Below are positions 1 to 13,212 of a stretch of DNA of 64,000 nt, one piece after another. Both the position numbers and the translations under genes were made by a program. This DNA is from Eledone cirrhosa (lineage: Eukaryota). Under the pieces are notes generated by a model that saw nothing but the letters and a program-made list of their open reading frames with translations, did no database searches and had not been told where the DNA came from. The stretch covers positions 169,756,001 through 169,820,000 of the forward strand of contig OZ024743.1 in the NCBI GenBank assembly GCA_964016885.1, in the 5' to 3' direction. Numbering within the stretch: position 1 is the stretch's first letter; each line of letters begins with the position of its first letter.

Positions 1-173
1 TGTAATAGTCCTCAATTTCAAGTGATGCATGACTGCATATCAAATAGAAGATAAGCCAGGGATTACACGGCATTGATACAAATTGAACAAATATGGCCAT
101 GTCAAAAGCACTCTACCAGACAATAAATATGCATATATACATGCATATATATATATGTGCGTATGTATATATG

Positions 174-315
174 AAGGCACATGGCTTAGTGGTTAGAGCA
201 TTGGCCTTGCAATCGAAAGGTTGTGAGTTCAATTCTCAGATCGGGTGATGTGCTGTTTCCTTGAGCAAGACACTTTATTTCATATTGCTCCAGTTTACTC
301 AGCTGTAGAAATGAG
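174..315 (+). mobile_element. tRNA-derived SINE (CORE-like body), 3' part replaced or truncated
   Basis: Pol III box A (TGGCTTAGTGG) and box B (GAGTTCAATTC), followed by the CCTTGAGCAAGACACT core. The same head and body recur at 59719. Confidence 0.8.
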
Positions 316-342
316 ATGATAGGGGCTGGGGTCCATATCATT

Positions 343-517
343 CCACTGTAAAGTGGTCGTGGAGGTGCCATGGCAAAAAAGCACCCAGCACTCACTGTAA
401 ATGAGGTTGGTGTTAGGAAGGGCATCCAGCTGTAGAAATCAAGCCAGAATCAGTTCCCGTCCCACCCTTGCAAGCAGGGAAAAACGGACGTAAAATGAAA
501 TGATGATGATGATGATG
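343..517 (+). mobile_element. RTE LINE 3' UTR/tail fragment
   Basis: Closely matches the 3' UTR of the RTE copy at ~57378-57536 (GTTAGGAAGGGCATCCAGCTGTAGAAATC) and ends in GGACGTAAAATG-(ATG)n. Confidence 0.85.
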
Positions 518-548
518 TATCATATATGTATGAATAAATGAATGAGTG

Positions 549-690
549 AAGCCATGGTTGAGTAGTTAAGAAATACACTTTGCAATCATGATGTTCCCGG
601 GATCGATTGGGTTGTGTGGTATCAATAGCTTCGGATCAACCCAAAACCTTGTGAGTAAAATTTACTAGACAAAAATTTGTGGAAACCCGC
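549..690 (+). mobile_element. Degenerate tRNA-derived SINE (second family)
   Basis: Eroded box A/B head followed by CCAAAACCTTGTGAGT...TAGAC, resembling a common octopus SINE body as I recall it. Confidence 0.5.
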
Positions 691-926
691 TGGATGATTT
701 CTGTCTATAATTGAAAGGCTTGGCTTTTCCACACACTGTAATTTATGTGAAGGGCACACGTGTTTATGGAATTATTAGTCACTCACACATTAGTTACCAT
801 ATTTGCCGGCTTACTGAACATTTTTTTCAAAAAATACATATAAAAAATCTTGCCTGTGTCCAATATCACAGAAGGGAGGCCGAAGGGAATGTGAGGACAA
901 TCATGGTTAAACAAATTTAGTTAGTA

Positions 927-2000
927 CTAGCAGAGGTACCTGGCGTTGCTCGGGTATTAAGTAGCAGTTGTGTATACCATTTATGTCAATACTTCAATGC
1001 TACTTCGAAAACTATAATTTTACAAAATCATCGGCTTTTTCCAAAAGAGGGTTCCTGCCCCCAGGGGTCCCCTACTCAATATGTGCCAATTCTGAGAGTT
1101 CACATTCATCTGTAGGACAAACGTAGCCCATGTGTCAAGTTTTGTGAAAATCGGTTGTGAACTCCATAAGTTATGACGTTTTGTTGCATTGCACTGCAGT
1201 TCTTCAGTCGACTCCAAGGAAGTGGTTAAAGGGGGTATACTACCGGGAGGCCCTATAATCAATATCTGTAAAAATGAAAGTGCCTATGACCATCCGGAGT
1301 ACATAAGTAACCTATGTCGTAAGTTTGGTGAAAATACTGTAGAAATGCATAAGGTTTATACACGCGCGCGCTCGTGTGTGTTTGTGTTTGTGGGGGGGGG
1401 GGGTATGTATTTGTGTGTGCGTATGTATGTGTATGTCCGTCGGGGCATACGTATGTACTGGCCTAAATCTTCACTATTTACTTTTACTATTTTAATCACC
1501 TCTGTCATTTTCGTTTTCAATTTTATTTACATCATTCTTAAACTCCGGGGCTGGAAATCATTCTGTTATGTTAAATAGAATATTAGTCTAACGACTCCAT
1601 TTATACCATAAACTTGGTCTTGTCTTTGCATGAAATTGTTCTTATCGATCCACATAACGACATATTATCCTCGCTTTTTTCCCGTTCATTGCCAGGGAAC
1701 GTCTTCATGAACCAAAATATCGTCTTCCTGTTTTCGTTCGGTTGGAATGTTTCTCGAAATATTGACTTCTGCGTTCACAGATTACTCTCAGTTCAATTTG
1801 AATGGGAAATTCCTGTTTCATCGATTTTCTCCGTAACCATGGAAGCTTGTAGCTTGAAAGTCGACCTAATGCCTTTTCGGGTCATACTGCATAACTGTGT
1901 AAATTTTCGCTGCATTCCACCAAGCCGTTTCGACGTTTATCCGACTACACCTACTTACTTAAATATACAACGTCCGACCACTTCCAATTTATATAGTAGA
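927..2000 (-). mobile_element. Non-autonomous Helitron, family A
   Basis: On the minus strand: A|TCTACTATA 5' end, subterminal GC hairpin (CCCGAGCAACGCCAGG), CTAG|T 3' end and no TSD. A near-identical copy lies at 39531-40559. Confidence 0.9.
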
Positions 2001-3119
2001 TTACTAGTAGTATTACTCATACAGTAATACAATTTATATAAGCAAAATGATGTCAAACTTATATAAGAGTTTCTGAAAAAACAAGATCAAATTTTTTTAT
2101 AAATTTATGAAGAAATGTACTAAAAACTTTTTTTTCTCAAGATGTCCTTGTGAAACCTGGGGGCATCCAGTAAATACAGAAGTTAACGAGTTGAATGTTC
2201 ACTTGATCAAACAAATGTATTTCAATTGTCAAAACTGACCAACATTCTACCAACGTGTGTGTTTCCCTTCATCGGGTCTATGGTGCAGTGACACACTACA
2301 ATTTAACAAAACAAAAGAAAAACACAGTAAAGTAATTCGAAAAATATAGTCGGCACATTGCTGGTCTTCTATATCGTCATTTGACGTGTTCAAAATAGCA
2401 ATCAAAAGAACCTGAATCAAGAGAAATTTCCCTCAATTGATTTGTTTATGGATTTGTTTCGTCTCCTCTGAGTTCTCTGATCTCATGACACCTCTATTTA
2501 GGCACTCTCGGTAGAGATCTCTCATTAGGGTGGTGCTTTCCTTTCCCATCCCTCCCCCAAACTCCTACTCATCCCTCCCCCAAACTCCTACTCAGTTTTC
2601 CTCCCCAGAGCATCAGGCTTGCGGAATTCCTACCTTTCATATGTCTTTCCTACAAGTGTTGACTTATAACAGTTTAAAATTAACAGCATCAATTCTCAAT
2701 TATCTTGAAAGCCTGTGAATTGTCTTTAAAGTGTGTCCGTAGAAAAACAGTTTCAGTGGGTGTGTGAAAGTACAAAACGGAACTGTGACTGCATTATATT
2801 AAAAACTAAAATCTTTACTTTACTGCAAATTGTTGCAACAATCTGTCCACTTGTAAACACTCACTATAAACATTTGAATTAACAAGCCTATTTTTAGATA
2901 TGTCTCATAAACATTTGAATTAACTCACCTGTTTTTAGATATTTTTTGCTAATTCATTACAGGATGTTAAGAGTTAAGCCTGTATGACCTGGATGTCACC
3001 ACCTTCATCAGTCTGGGGTGCCTTACATAATATTCAAGCAAAAGGTACTTGACTGATTTCTGGTTGATATCGTCTCCCACACCCCTCCCTGTCCCTCCAA
3101 CCCATCCATCCTAGCCTCC

Positions 3120-5970
3120 CATTTCTGGGTGGGAAATGACAACGGACTGGATTGTGTAGGAATTATGTTAGCTGAAAAATGGGTAGATAAGGTAATTGAC
3201 GTAAATAGAGTAAATGACAGAATAATTAATATAAGACTAGTTCTAAATAGAACTACTGTGACAATAATATCCGCTTATGCACCCCAATCAGGTCTACCTG
3301 ATGTTATAAAGGACAGGTTCTATGAGATGCTAATGCACACTACCTCCCAAATAACCGACAGCGACTACTTTATTATTGGTGGTGACCTAAACGGTTACGT
3401 TGGACAACATAGTGATGGCTATGATGGAATCCATGGAGGATATGGGGTTGGAAATAGAAATGAGGAGGGCTTCAGAATCCTGGAATTCTGTGACGCTAAT
3501 AACCTAACTATCTGTAACACAAACTTCAAAAAACAAGAAAACCACTTGATCACTTATAGATCAGAGTAACACGCCAGCCAGATAGATTATATCCTTACTA
3601 GAAAACGTGACAAAGTGTCTGTTGTAAACACTAAATCCCTCCCCCGTGAAGAATGCACCTCCCAACATAGCCTAGTAGTTAGTGAAAAATAGTCAAAAAT
3701 AGACGTACTCAACGATAGAGGAGGCCTACCTTGAGGAGAAGAATATGGAAGTTTAAGGACCCCATAGCCAGTGACAAATTTAAAAGCTTATTACTTTATG
3801 CCTTTGACAATAAGGAAGACCAATTAGAGACATGCAATATAGAGGAACAGTGGGAATTCTTAAAAGTTAACCTGCTGAAAGCAATGGATGAAATCTGTGG
3901 CTGGAGCAGACCTATTGGCAGGAGAGTAAATTGGTGGTGGAACAGTAAGGTGGAGGAGACAGTCAAGGCCAAAAAGCAGGCTTGGAAAGTATGGCAGGAT
4001 GGGGGAAGTAGAGAGCACTATCAAGTGGCCAGGAGAGAAGCTAGGAGACAAGTGTACTTTGCAAAAGGGGAAGCAGAGGATAGAAAGTTCAAACATGTTC
4101 TACAACGTGAGGTGTTCAGGATTGCTAGACAATGTGTCAAGGAAAACCGTGATATTGTTGGGGAGAAGTGTGTCCGTAATGATAACGGTGTACTTGCCCT
4201 CACTGATACTGATAAGAAGATAGCCTGGAAATGTCACTATGAGAGATTATTAAATGAGGAGAATAAATGGGAAAAAGATAGTCTGCCCCAAATCGATCCA
4301 ATTGAAGGATCAGCGGTGCAAGTTAAAGGTAGTATAATAAGTAAGGCAATCAAAGATATGAAGACAGGCAAGGCAGCTGGGCCTTCAGAGATAGTTGCTG
4401 AGATGTTGAAGGCATCTGGAATGGTGGGACATACTATGGTCACCCGTATAGTTAACCAAGTAATACAGAATGGGGTCATACCAAAAGACTGGCGTAGCAG
4501 CACCATCATTAACTGCTACAAGGGTAAAGGGGATGCTCTAGATAGGGGAAACTATAGAGGCATAAGTTAGTTGACCAGGTCATAAAGGTCACAGAAAGAG
4601 TTATAGCGCAACTAATCAGCGAGCGAATTGATCTAGATGAAATGCAGTTTGGGTTTGTGTCAGGTAAAAGTACCACAGACGCTCTTTTCCTTGTACAACA
4701 ACTACAGGAGAAGTACCTAGCTAAAAGTAAACCCCTCTACTTAGCTTTTGTAGACCTGGAGAAAGCCTTTGACAGAGTCCCCCGCTCCATTATCTGGTGG
4801 GCTCTTAGAAAACTAGGTGTTGATGAATGGCTTGTGAGAGCTATACAAGCTATGTATAAAGAAACAGTCAGTAAGGTTTGAATTAACAATGAATATTGTG
4901 AAGAATTTAGTGTAAAAGTTGGTGTTCATCAAGGCTCTGTTCTTAGCCACCTCCTATTTATTATTGCCCTTCGGGCTATAACAGAGGAGTTCAAGACCGG
5001 CTGCCCATGGGAACTCCTATACGCAGATGATCTAACTCTCATAGCTGAATCTATGGCTGAACTAGAGAAGAAATTCCAAACATGGAAGCGTGGCCTAGAA
5101 TCAAAAGGCCTTAAAGTTAACTTGTCTAAGATTAAAGTTCTAGTTTGTAGAAAGGAAAATAGGGCACAGGTGCCCTCAGGGAAATGGCCATGCTCAGTTT
5201 GTAGGAAAGAGTAGGCATAAATTCTATTTTATGTCCCAAATGCAAACTATGGGTACATAAAAGATGTAGTGGGATCACAGGTAAACTAACTAAGAACGTA
5301 GACTTTATATGTGGCCGATGATCAGGTGCAATAAGTAGCAAGTGTCCACGGGATACTAGCTCCTTCTATTGCCCAGATGGTTCTATAGCAATAGTGGACA
5401 CCTTCCGTTACCTGGGTAATGAAATCAGCAGTGGTGGAGGGTGTTCTGAAAGTACAGTAGCCAGAGTCAGAACTGGATGGAAAAAGTTCAGAGAGCTTAT
5501 ACCACTGTTGGCCACAAAAGGTTTCTCTCTAAAAATGAAAGGTATGATGCCTGTATATGAACAGCAATGTTACATGGCAGTGAGACATGGGCATTGCGTG
5601 CAGAAGACCTGCGCAGACTGGAAAGGAACAAAGCATGCATGCTGTTGGATGTGTAATAGTAATATATGTGAACGGCAAAGCATAAATGAACTAAATGAGA
5701 AATTAGAAATAAGAGGGATCAGATGCTGTTTACTTGAGAGAAGACTACGTTGGTATGGCCACGTGATGCGCATGAAAGACGACAGCTGTATAAAAAAGTG
5801 CAGGGCGATCAAAATTGATGGTAGTTACAGAGTAAAAACCTGGGACGATCTGATAAATTCCGACCTTACACACTTACACCTCTCCAAGACAATGTCACTG
5901 GACCGAGATCTTTGGCGCTACGCAGTAATACAGGGCACCCGCCTTGCCTATGTACAAAGCGAAACCTACA
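3120..5970 (+). mobile_element. RTE-clade LINE (APE endonuclease + RT + PHD insert), degenerate
   Basis: ORF pieces SAYAPQSG, GDLN, KAAGP, QFGF, FVDLEKAFDRV, YADD and FRYLG, with many stops and frameshifts. Confidence 0.95.
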
Positions 5971-6519
5971 GAAGTTGTTTGACCAAAAACCAATGTCAAA
6001 CATTGCAGTGTTGATTTTAGCTGTCTTTTGTTCTATTTTATTCAATCAACTACATTTGAACCAAATGTCTGTTGAGGTGGAACTGCTAACTGGCTGGTTG
6101 GTGGTCATGGTGATGGTGGTCGTGGTGGTAGTATTGGTGAATTAGGGCATGCAATCCATGATGCAGGCAAATCACCATGGCAGAGAGTGAGGCAGTGGAG
6201 CCTTACGCCCTATCCCCCACTGGAAAATTATTTGCCCCTCTCATCTGTGAATGTGATATGAACTAATTTTAATGTGAGAAAATGCAGTTCTACCAACAGG
6301 CCACACTTCGGACTTGGTACCTCGCTCCACTAGTCTTGATGCCCAGCCCTCCACCACCACCGTTAGTAATGCCCCGGTTATGGACCCGCGATAATGACCA
6401 TTATTGGTTACGAGAGAAATCTGAGAAAATAATAAAACCTACAAATAATGAGATATTTAAAATTTATTTGTAAATCTGTTCAATTCTCTGTTTCTTTTGG
6501 GTAAATTCATCGATACTAT

Positions 6520-6870
6520 AAATTATATCAGCACCATGCTCTGCCTTTATCTTATTCAAACGGTCTATATTCATGGAAATAAGACCAAATTACTCACTTT
6601 GAGAACACTTATAATTATTTACTTGCTTTAATGAAGAAAATGATCTCGCATAGGAAGAAGATATGATAGGTATGGTCAGAATCATTGTCAGCCAAATGTT
6701 TTCAGAGCAATTACAGAATTCAGATTGTCCTGCGATTGTTTGTGTCTTGTCAAAGCTGTAATAAAATTGTTCAAATAGTAGTAGCTGTAATTGTACATGT
6801 GTTTTTATGTTGACAAAATAATTGACATAAAACGGAACAATTTCTTCAGAATGGAACATCCTGTCATCCA
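6520..6870 (-). mobile_element. hAT transposase C-terminal dimerisation-domain remnant
   Basis: LTIPIISSSYARSFSSLKQVNNY resembles the hAT motif TIPxSSAxxERSFSxLKxxKxY. Confidence 0.65.
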
Positions 6871-7010
6871 CTCATACTGTTACCTATTACTTGTGCGACC
6901 AAAACCCTTAGGGGCATCCCACTTGATGACCGATATGCACATACAAATGGCAAGAGCTCAGCTGTTGGGTCTCGACTCTTTATAATATAGCCATACCCTA
7001 TTACCCCAAG

Positions 7011-8603
7011 TATCATTTAACGTCCATTATCCATGCTAGCATAGGTAGGATGGGTCGATCCTTTGGCAGAGAATCAGGTAAGAGGACCATGTTTCACTCA
7101 CTCAAGGGTGATTTGGGCTTGGTTTCTACAGCTGGATGCCATTCCTAACGCCAACCACATTTACAGTGTGTGCTGGGTGCTTTTTGTCATGACACCTGGT
7201 GTGGGAAAGGAACTAGGGAGGGAGGGGGAGGAAGCTTGGCGACATTGAGGACGTAGGTAATAGGGGAAGGATGGTTACCACAAAGGGAGGTGTGTGAAAG
7301 GGGAGAAGGTAGAGGAAGGTGATGCTTATTAGATGTATGCCTCAGCTCAAGCATATAAGAGGGCGGGTCTTCTGTAATACTGCATAGCGCCAGAGGTCGC
7401 GGTCCTGTGTCATTGGGTGAGGTGTAATTGTGCAAGGTCAGCTTTTATTACCTCATCCCAAGTCTTCCTAGGCCTGCCCACTCCATAGGTACCATCAACT
7501 TTGAGCGCTCTGCACCATTTTATACAGCTGTCATCCTTCATATGCATCACATGTCCATACCAGCGCAATCTCCTTTCCTGCACACAACAACTGATCCCTC
7601 TTATGCCCAATTTCTCACGCAGTACATTTATACTTTGCCATTCATGTATATTGCCATTGCTCATCCAGCGAAGCGTGGAGGCTTCATTTCTTTCCAATCT
7701 TTGCAGGTTCTCAGCTCACAGTGCCCAGGTCTCGCTGCTGTGAAACATTGTTGTTCGTATACATGCATCATGCAGGCTGCCTTTTATTTTGAGAGAAAAA
7801 CCTTTCTCCAGCCTGATCTCACTCTGGTTACTGTGCTTTCAGAACACCCTCCTCAACTACTGATTTGGTCACCGAGGTAACAGAAACTATCTACCACTTC
7901 TATTGCGCCATCTGGGCATTTGAAGGTGATTGTATCCTGAGAGTTCTTGCTACTTACTGCCGCTGTGCACTGGCCATAAGTAAAACCTACATTCTTTGTT
8001 AGCCTGCCTGAGATCCCACTACATCTCTTATTTACCCATTGCTTGCATAGAATGGAATTTCTACTTACTCCTTTTCTGCACACCGAGCAGGGCCATTTCC
8101 CAGAGGAGATCTGGGCTCTGTTTTCCCTTCTACTTACTAGGATTTTAGTCTTTAGACCTTTAGATTCTAGGCCGTACTTCCAGGTTTGGAATTTCATCTC
8201 AAATTCAGCTATAGATTCGGCTATAAGTGTTATGTCATTAGCATACAGAAATTCCCATGGGCAGCCAGTCTTAAACTCCTCTGTTATTGCCTGCAGAACA
8301 ATAATAATCAGGAGAGGGCTAAGAACAGAGCCCTGTTGGGCACCCACATGCATGCTAAATTCTTTGCTATTGTCATTGTTAATTCTGACCTTGCTGACTG
8401 TTCCTCTATACATGGCTGGAACTGCCCTCACAAGCCATTTGTCAACTCCTAGTTTTCTAAGAGCCCACCAGATAATGGAACAGGGGGACTCTGTCGAAAC
8501 CTTTTTCCAGGTCGACAAAAGCCAATTAGAGGAGTTTACTCTTAGCTAGGTACTTCTCCTGCAGTTTTCTTACAAGGAAGAGGGCATCTGTGGTATTTTT
8601 ACC
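7011..8603 (-). mobile_element. RTE-clade LINE, 5'-truncated
   Basis: ORFs 7853..8518 and 7410..7697 are homologous to the other RTE copies. The RTE tail (reverse complement) is at ~7011-7160. Confidence 0.93.
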
Positions 8604-8604
8604 T

Positions 8605-10135
8605 ATTCTCCTTAAGGCTGTCGCTATCACAATGAAAACTCAGATCTAACTAGGGAAGAAGTTAATATAGTGATAACAGCAAGAAGATAAGTTATAAAGT
8701 TTGAGGGTGAGTACTGGGTACATAGAGATAGAGTAATAATTTCAATATCACCATTGGAGTGAGTGATTTGACACAAGTTACAGATATAGTTAGAATCTAC
8801 AGAGTGCATAAACTCCATAATGAACTTAAAGATCTTGAAGGGGCATATACAGAGACGATACTCTTCTATTAGTTAGGAATACAAATGGTCAGGTATTAGA
8901 GAGAAAACGTAAACATATTATATCATAGGGCGGTGGATTGGCAGTATCGGTAGAAGGTCGGACGCCATGCTTTCCAGCATAGTTACGTCCCTTTACGATC
9001 TGAGTTCAAATCCCGCCGAGGTTGACTTTGCCTTTCATCCTTACGGGGTCGATAAAATAAAGTACCAGTAATGCACTGGGTAATTGCTGGCCTTGTGCCT
9101 AAAGTAGAAACAATTATATCATTCTTCAATCAGATTGGCTTAAAAATAACGTTTGAACATAACTTTAGACTGGCTAAATTCTTAGATATTATCATAAGAA
9201 TAATTGGAATCTATCTCATATTAGTTGTAATTCTAACCCCCCTAAATCAATAATAAATTCTATAGCTAAGAATGTATCACTTAGGATTTCCTGACTCTCA
9301 GCCTCTGTAGATATATTTAAGGAACATGCCGAATACTATGATAATAATGCATTAAGGAAAGTAGGATATAGATCTGAGATAGAGTACCTGGATAAAACTG
9401 AAGAAAATAGATATTCTAGGCACTACCCACATAATAAAAACCCCAATACTAGGTGTAAAACTAACTGTACTAACCAACATAGACCAAATAGTTATTCTGG
9501 AGGTACAACTGATAACACAGATAATAAAACAAAAACAATATCTGGAAAATCTCGGACAGGATCCCAACATAATAATATTCCTAGAAGAACAAGGAAAAAA
9601 ATCATACCTATTGTATAATCCTCCGCACAATAACAAAATTAAATCTAAACTACCTTCTATATTTTTTTAATATAATAGATAAAAACATAAGTACCACAAA
9701 ATAATAAATAGAAATACTATTAGGTTATCTTATTCCACAACTATGAATTTAGAAGGTTATATAAATAGCTTAACTAGAAAACGCCTTCACATACATAATG
9801 ATAAACCTAATACTCTTAGTGGAAAAGACACGAATATATCTTCCTCTCAACCAAAAGTTTAAGTGCAAAAAATAATATAGAATTCCACTTACAGCCTGGC
9901 AGATTATATAGATTATATTATTGTAATAATAGGGAACCAATCCACATTCTAATTGCAACTGCAGGAAACCAGGCAAATGCCCACTGTAGAATAAGTGTGT
10001 TTGAGAATATGATATAACCAATGCAAGATTAAAGTGCATAACCAAATATTCAGGTATATAGGAGTTACATCCAACTTTTTCAAGAAAAGATGGCATGTAC
10101 ACACACATTCGTTTAAGAACCCGAAACTTTGTAAA
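8605..10135 (+). mobile_element. Penelope-like element remnant (RT + GIY-YIG), interrupted by a SINE
   Basis: Fragmented translation: FNITIG..YRDD (RT), LKITFEHN..KFLDI, YNPP, NRNTIRLSYS, CNCRKPGKCPL, YIGVTSNFFKKRW. Confidence 0.8.
8927..9112 (+). mobile_element. Young tRNA-derived SINE with a Nin/Deu-like central domain
   Basis: Box A/B and a GCCTTTCATCCTTACGGGGTCGATAAA core. 10-bp TSD ATTATATCAT at 8917-8926 and 9113-9122. Nearly identical to the copies at 27492 and 40917. Confidence 0.92.
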
Positions 10136-10529
10136 AGACCACATAGCTGTCAAATTGATGGATGTACATTGAACAAAATTATTGTTGTTGTCATACTGCT
10201 ACAACTAATTTTCAACCAATAATGGTTCAGATATTTTGTAGGACTGAATCCACTTGTCATTTACTATCCCCTGATACTACCATAAAGCTCCCACCCTTCC
10301 CTACTCATATCTGTATTAATTGATCTCAACCTATCTTACCCTCTCTTCCACCTCTTTCCCCTTCTTAAATTCTTCACTGTCCTTCCTCTTTATTTCTTCC
10401 TATACTTTTGCATTTCTGCCTAAAATACTATCCTCCATATATCTTTCCCTCTCTATTTTTTCATTACATGAAATTGTCAACAACTTCTAAAAAGCTTCCC
10501 TGGCAACTCAAAAAATCTATATCCCGTGT

Positions 10530-11065
10530 GCCTTTAGTGCATTTGTGACTTACTTAGTCTATTTTTAACATGTCTGTAATCTTACTACATCTCTTGTGCA
10601 TCCATAAATTACACTGAGTATACCTTATGGGATTATTTCTGGCCACCCCTTTTCAACATACCAAATAAGGTCACTTCCCTGATGTTATCAGCTTCCTGTT
10701 CTCTTTCCTACTTAAAACTTGTCTTTGTTAAGTTTATTTTTAGGCTTTTTGACTCTAGGTTTTTCTTCCATGCTTAACATTTTGTCTCTGACTCTCAGTT
10801 ATAAGGGTTAGGTCATCAGGAGTTCCTATGGACTGAGCCCTGTTAGATGCTCACCTGTACTTCAAATTCATCACTGTACTTATTGCCAACCCACACCTTG
10901 CTGGTTGCACCTTTATATGTGGCTGCAAGGCACTCATCTATACCTAACTTCCTAAGTGCCCACCAAATTACAGAACTGGGGACCTGTCAAATGCTTTTTC
11001 CAGGTCTACAAATGCTTGGTATGGTCATTTACTCTTAGCTAAGTATTTCTCCTGTAGTTGTCTCG
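10530..11065 (-). mobile_element. Old RTE LINE fragment (RT/PHD region)
   Basis: The reverse strand encodes remnants of RQLQEKYLAK, LEKAFDR, DDLTL and WMHKRC. Confidence 0.75.
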
Positions 11066-11096
11066 CCAGAAAGAGGGCTTAGGTAGTTCCTCTAAT

Positions 11097-11097
11097 G

Positions 11098-11166
<69 letters not shown>

Positions 11167-11213
11167 ATGTGTGTATGTGTGTACACACACACACACACAC
11201 ACAGACAGAGAGA
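11097..11213. repeat. Compound microsatellite (TA)n(TG)n(CA)n(GA)n
   Basis: Directly visible in the sequence. Confidence 0.95.
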
Positions 11214-11750
11214 GAATTATTGAAGCGCTGGGTGATTTGAGAATGTAGGAATCCCAAATGCAGAAAATAATTGTAACAACAACCAATAGCTATTTTCAAA
11301 TTTCAATTCACCCACCATTTTGATAATTCATAAGATTTATTTTTATCCAGTTCTAGCAACAATCTCAATTTAGATGGAATGGGTGGTTAGCTACCCCTTA
11401 GCATAATGGTAAACACATTTACATCACACACAAGAGATGGACAGTTCAATTCTCTGTAGCAACTGCTGGCTACTTTTATTCTGTCTGTTGCTATTAGTTA
11501 TAGCTATCGATTGTTGTTACAGATATTTTCTGCATTTGAGATTCCCACATTTTCAAATTTCAAACCACCTATCACTTCAATAATTCATAAGTTTTGTTTA
11601 CTTCTGACTCTTGCCACAGGCTGTTTAGTACAGCACCTAAATTGGACAGAATAGGTTGCCTGCCTCTTAGCATAATGGTTAAAATATTCACATGATATTA
11701 AAGATATGGAGTTTGATTCTCTGCAGTGACTGCTTGTCACTTTTTCTGTC
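11214..11750 (+). repeat. Two diverged tandem ~269-bp units with tRNA-like heads, plus an inverted partial copy
   Basis: TTAGCATAATGGT at 11398 and 11667, each followed by GTT(C/T)(A/G)ATTCTCTG. 11214-11292 is the inverted counterpart of ~11501-11586. Confidence 0.65.
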
Positions 11751-12288
11751 CCTAGAGACATTTTACTAGAGTCATTAAACTAATATGTTGTTAGTTATTT
11801 TCACACACACACACAACACACAACACACAACACACACACACACACCATAATTTGATCTACAATTGTTTCATCCTCATAGAATGATTTATATATACATACA
11901 TTAGAGGAACAAAATCAGTTATTTTCTAAATAATTACCTCAACACGTTCATCTTTTCGAACGCACAAAAATTCAGATTTTTGTTTACCTTTTATACAACT
12001 CCTCAATCAACAAGAGCTTTTGTTTGTCACGTGCAGCATGACTTTCATTCTGACTGGCATTCAAACGAACATCATATATCAAAATAGTTTTGTGACCATA
12101 GGCAATGTCACATTTTATACATAATAAATTCTTTATAAATGCCAAAAAAAACACTTTTATTTCCAGACGCATACACCCACGTATACACACTCCCATATAC
12201 ATGCCCAAATGTATAAATTATCAACCTTAGTAACAATAATAATATGACAAAACTAAGTAGATTAGTGAATCAATCAATACATTTTACC

Positions 12289-12855
12289 GGCATACGTCAA
12301 GACGGACGGTCTCAAAAGCGAAAGTAAATTTATTTTCATTTTCGAACGTCGTGTTTACATTTTGTGTGTGTGTTTAGATCTAAATTAGTATCGTTTTAAC
12401 TGATTATATATATATGTATATGTGTGTGTAGTTGACGGTTGAGAGAAGAGTTCTCAATACCGAAGTAATCTTGTAATGAGGCTTGCAGAATGGTGAGTCC
12501 GCCATTCTAGACGCTGCTGCCTTGCAGAAGTCCCAAATCGAAGCTCTGACACTCTCGTCCCCATCATTCAGAAGGGATTTTGCCAGGCAGCCGCATCATC
12601 TCCGATGGTTGGGCTTCCTATTCGGAAATTGAAGGTGGGATTTACGTTCATGATGTGGTGCACGAACGGAACTTTGTAGACCTGCGGACCTTGATGTGCA
12701 CACACAGCTCATAAAGAACACATGGAGTCGTGCAAAGAAGAAGCTTCGTCGCCAGCATGTTTCGTTTGAACACACACACAAAATGTAAACACGACGTTCG
12801 AAAATGAAAAATAAATTTACTTTCACTTTTGAGACCGCCCATCTTGACGTATGCC
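12289..12855 (+). mobile_element. Merlin (IS1595/ISXO2-like) DNA transposon, internally deleted
   Basis: ~90-bp TIRs GGCATACGTCAAGA.../...TCTTGACGTATGCC. Perfect 9-bp TSD CATTTTACC at 12280-12288 and 12856-12864. The internal frameshifted peptide is VPNRSSDTLVPIIQK.ILPGSRIISDGWASY..HERNFVD..VHTQLIKNTW. Confidence 0.9.
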
Positions 12856-13166
12856 CATTTTACCCATAAAACAAAATATATACTCTAGTGATTAATTAGG
12901 GGGAAGGAAGGTAATTTAACGTTGGTAGCTACCCCAACCTCATCAAGTACACCCAACCTCTCACACACACACATCTAAAGTACAAATTCCAGCACCTCCA
13001 CAATCCAAAAATTACTGCAAGCATGCATATACCCACACACGTGTATTCGCAGATATGTATGTATATGTACTATTATATAGGTATATCAAATATCACTACA
13101 TGAGCTAATTAAAGGGAGGCATATAATCCAGAATATACATGTGAGCATGTGTGTGTACACACTCAC

Positions 13167-13212
13167 CCACAGGTGTGAATACTCCAGCATTAATTACTCC
13201 AAAGTTAATTAC
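13167..13212 (-). CDS. Candidate 46-nt host-gene exon (VINFGVINAGVFTPV)
   Basis: Minus strand: acceptor ATTTTATTTCATTTGTAG, perfect GTGAGT donor, and only one open frame. No copy of this sequence elsewhere in the window. Confidence 0.45.

Noticed and set aside
174-250. Functional tRNA genes at SINE heads (also 8927, 59719 and others)
   Set aside because: No complete cloverleaf, and each continues into a SINE body.
2866-2943. 41-bp tandem duplication (similar short ones at 21462-21520 and 22311-22352)
   Set aside because: Ordinary slippage duplications with no further structure.
11984-12060. Exon candidate SQNESHAARDKQKLLLIEELYK (minus strand)
   Set aside because: The donor is plausible, but the acceptor is weak and its phase does not fit the 13167 exon.
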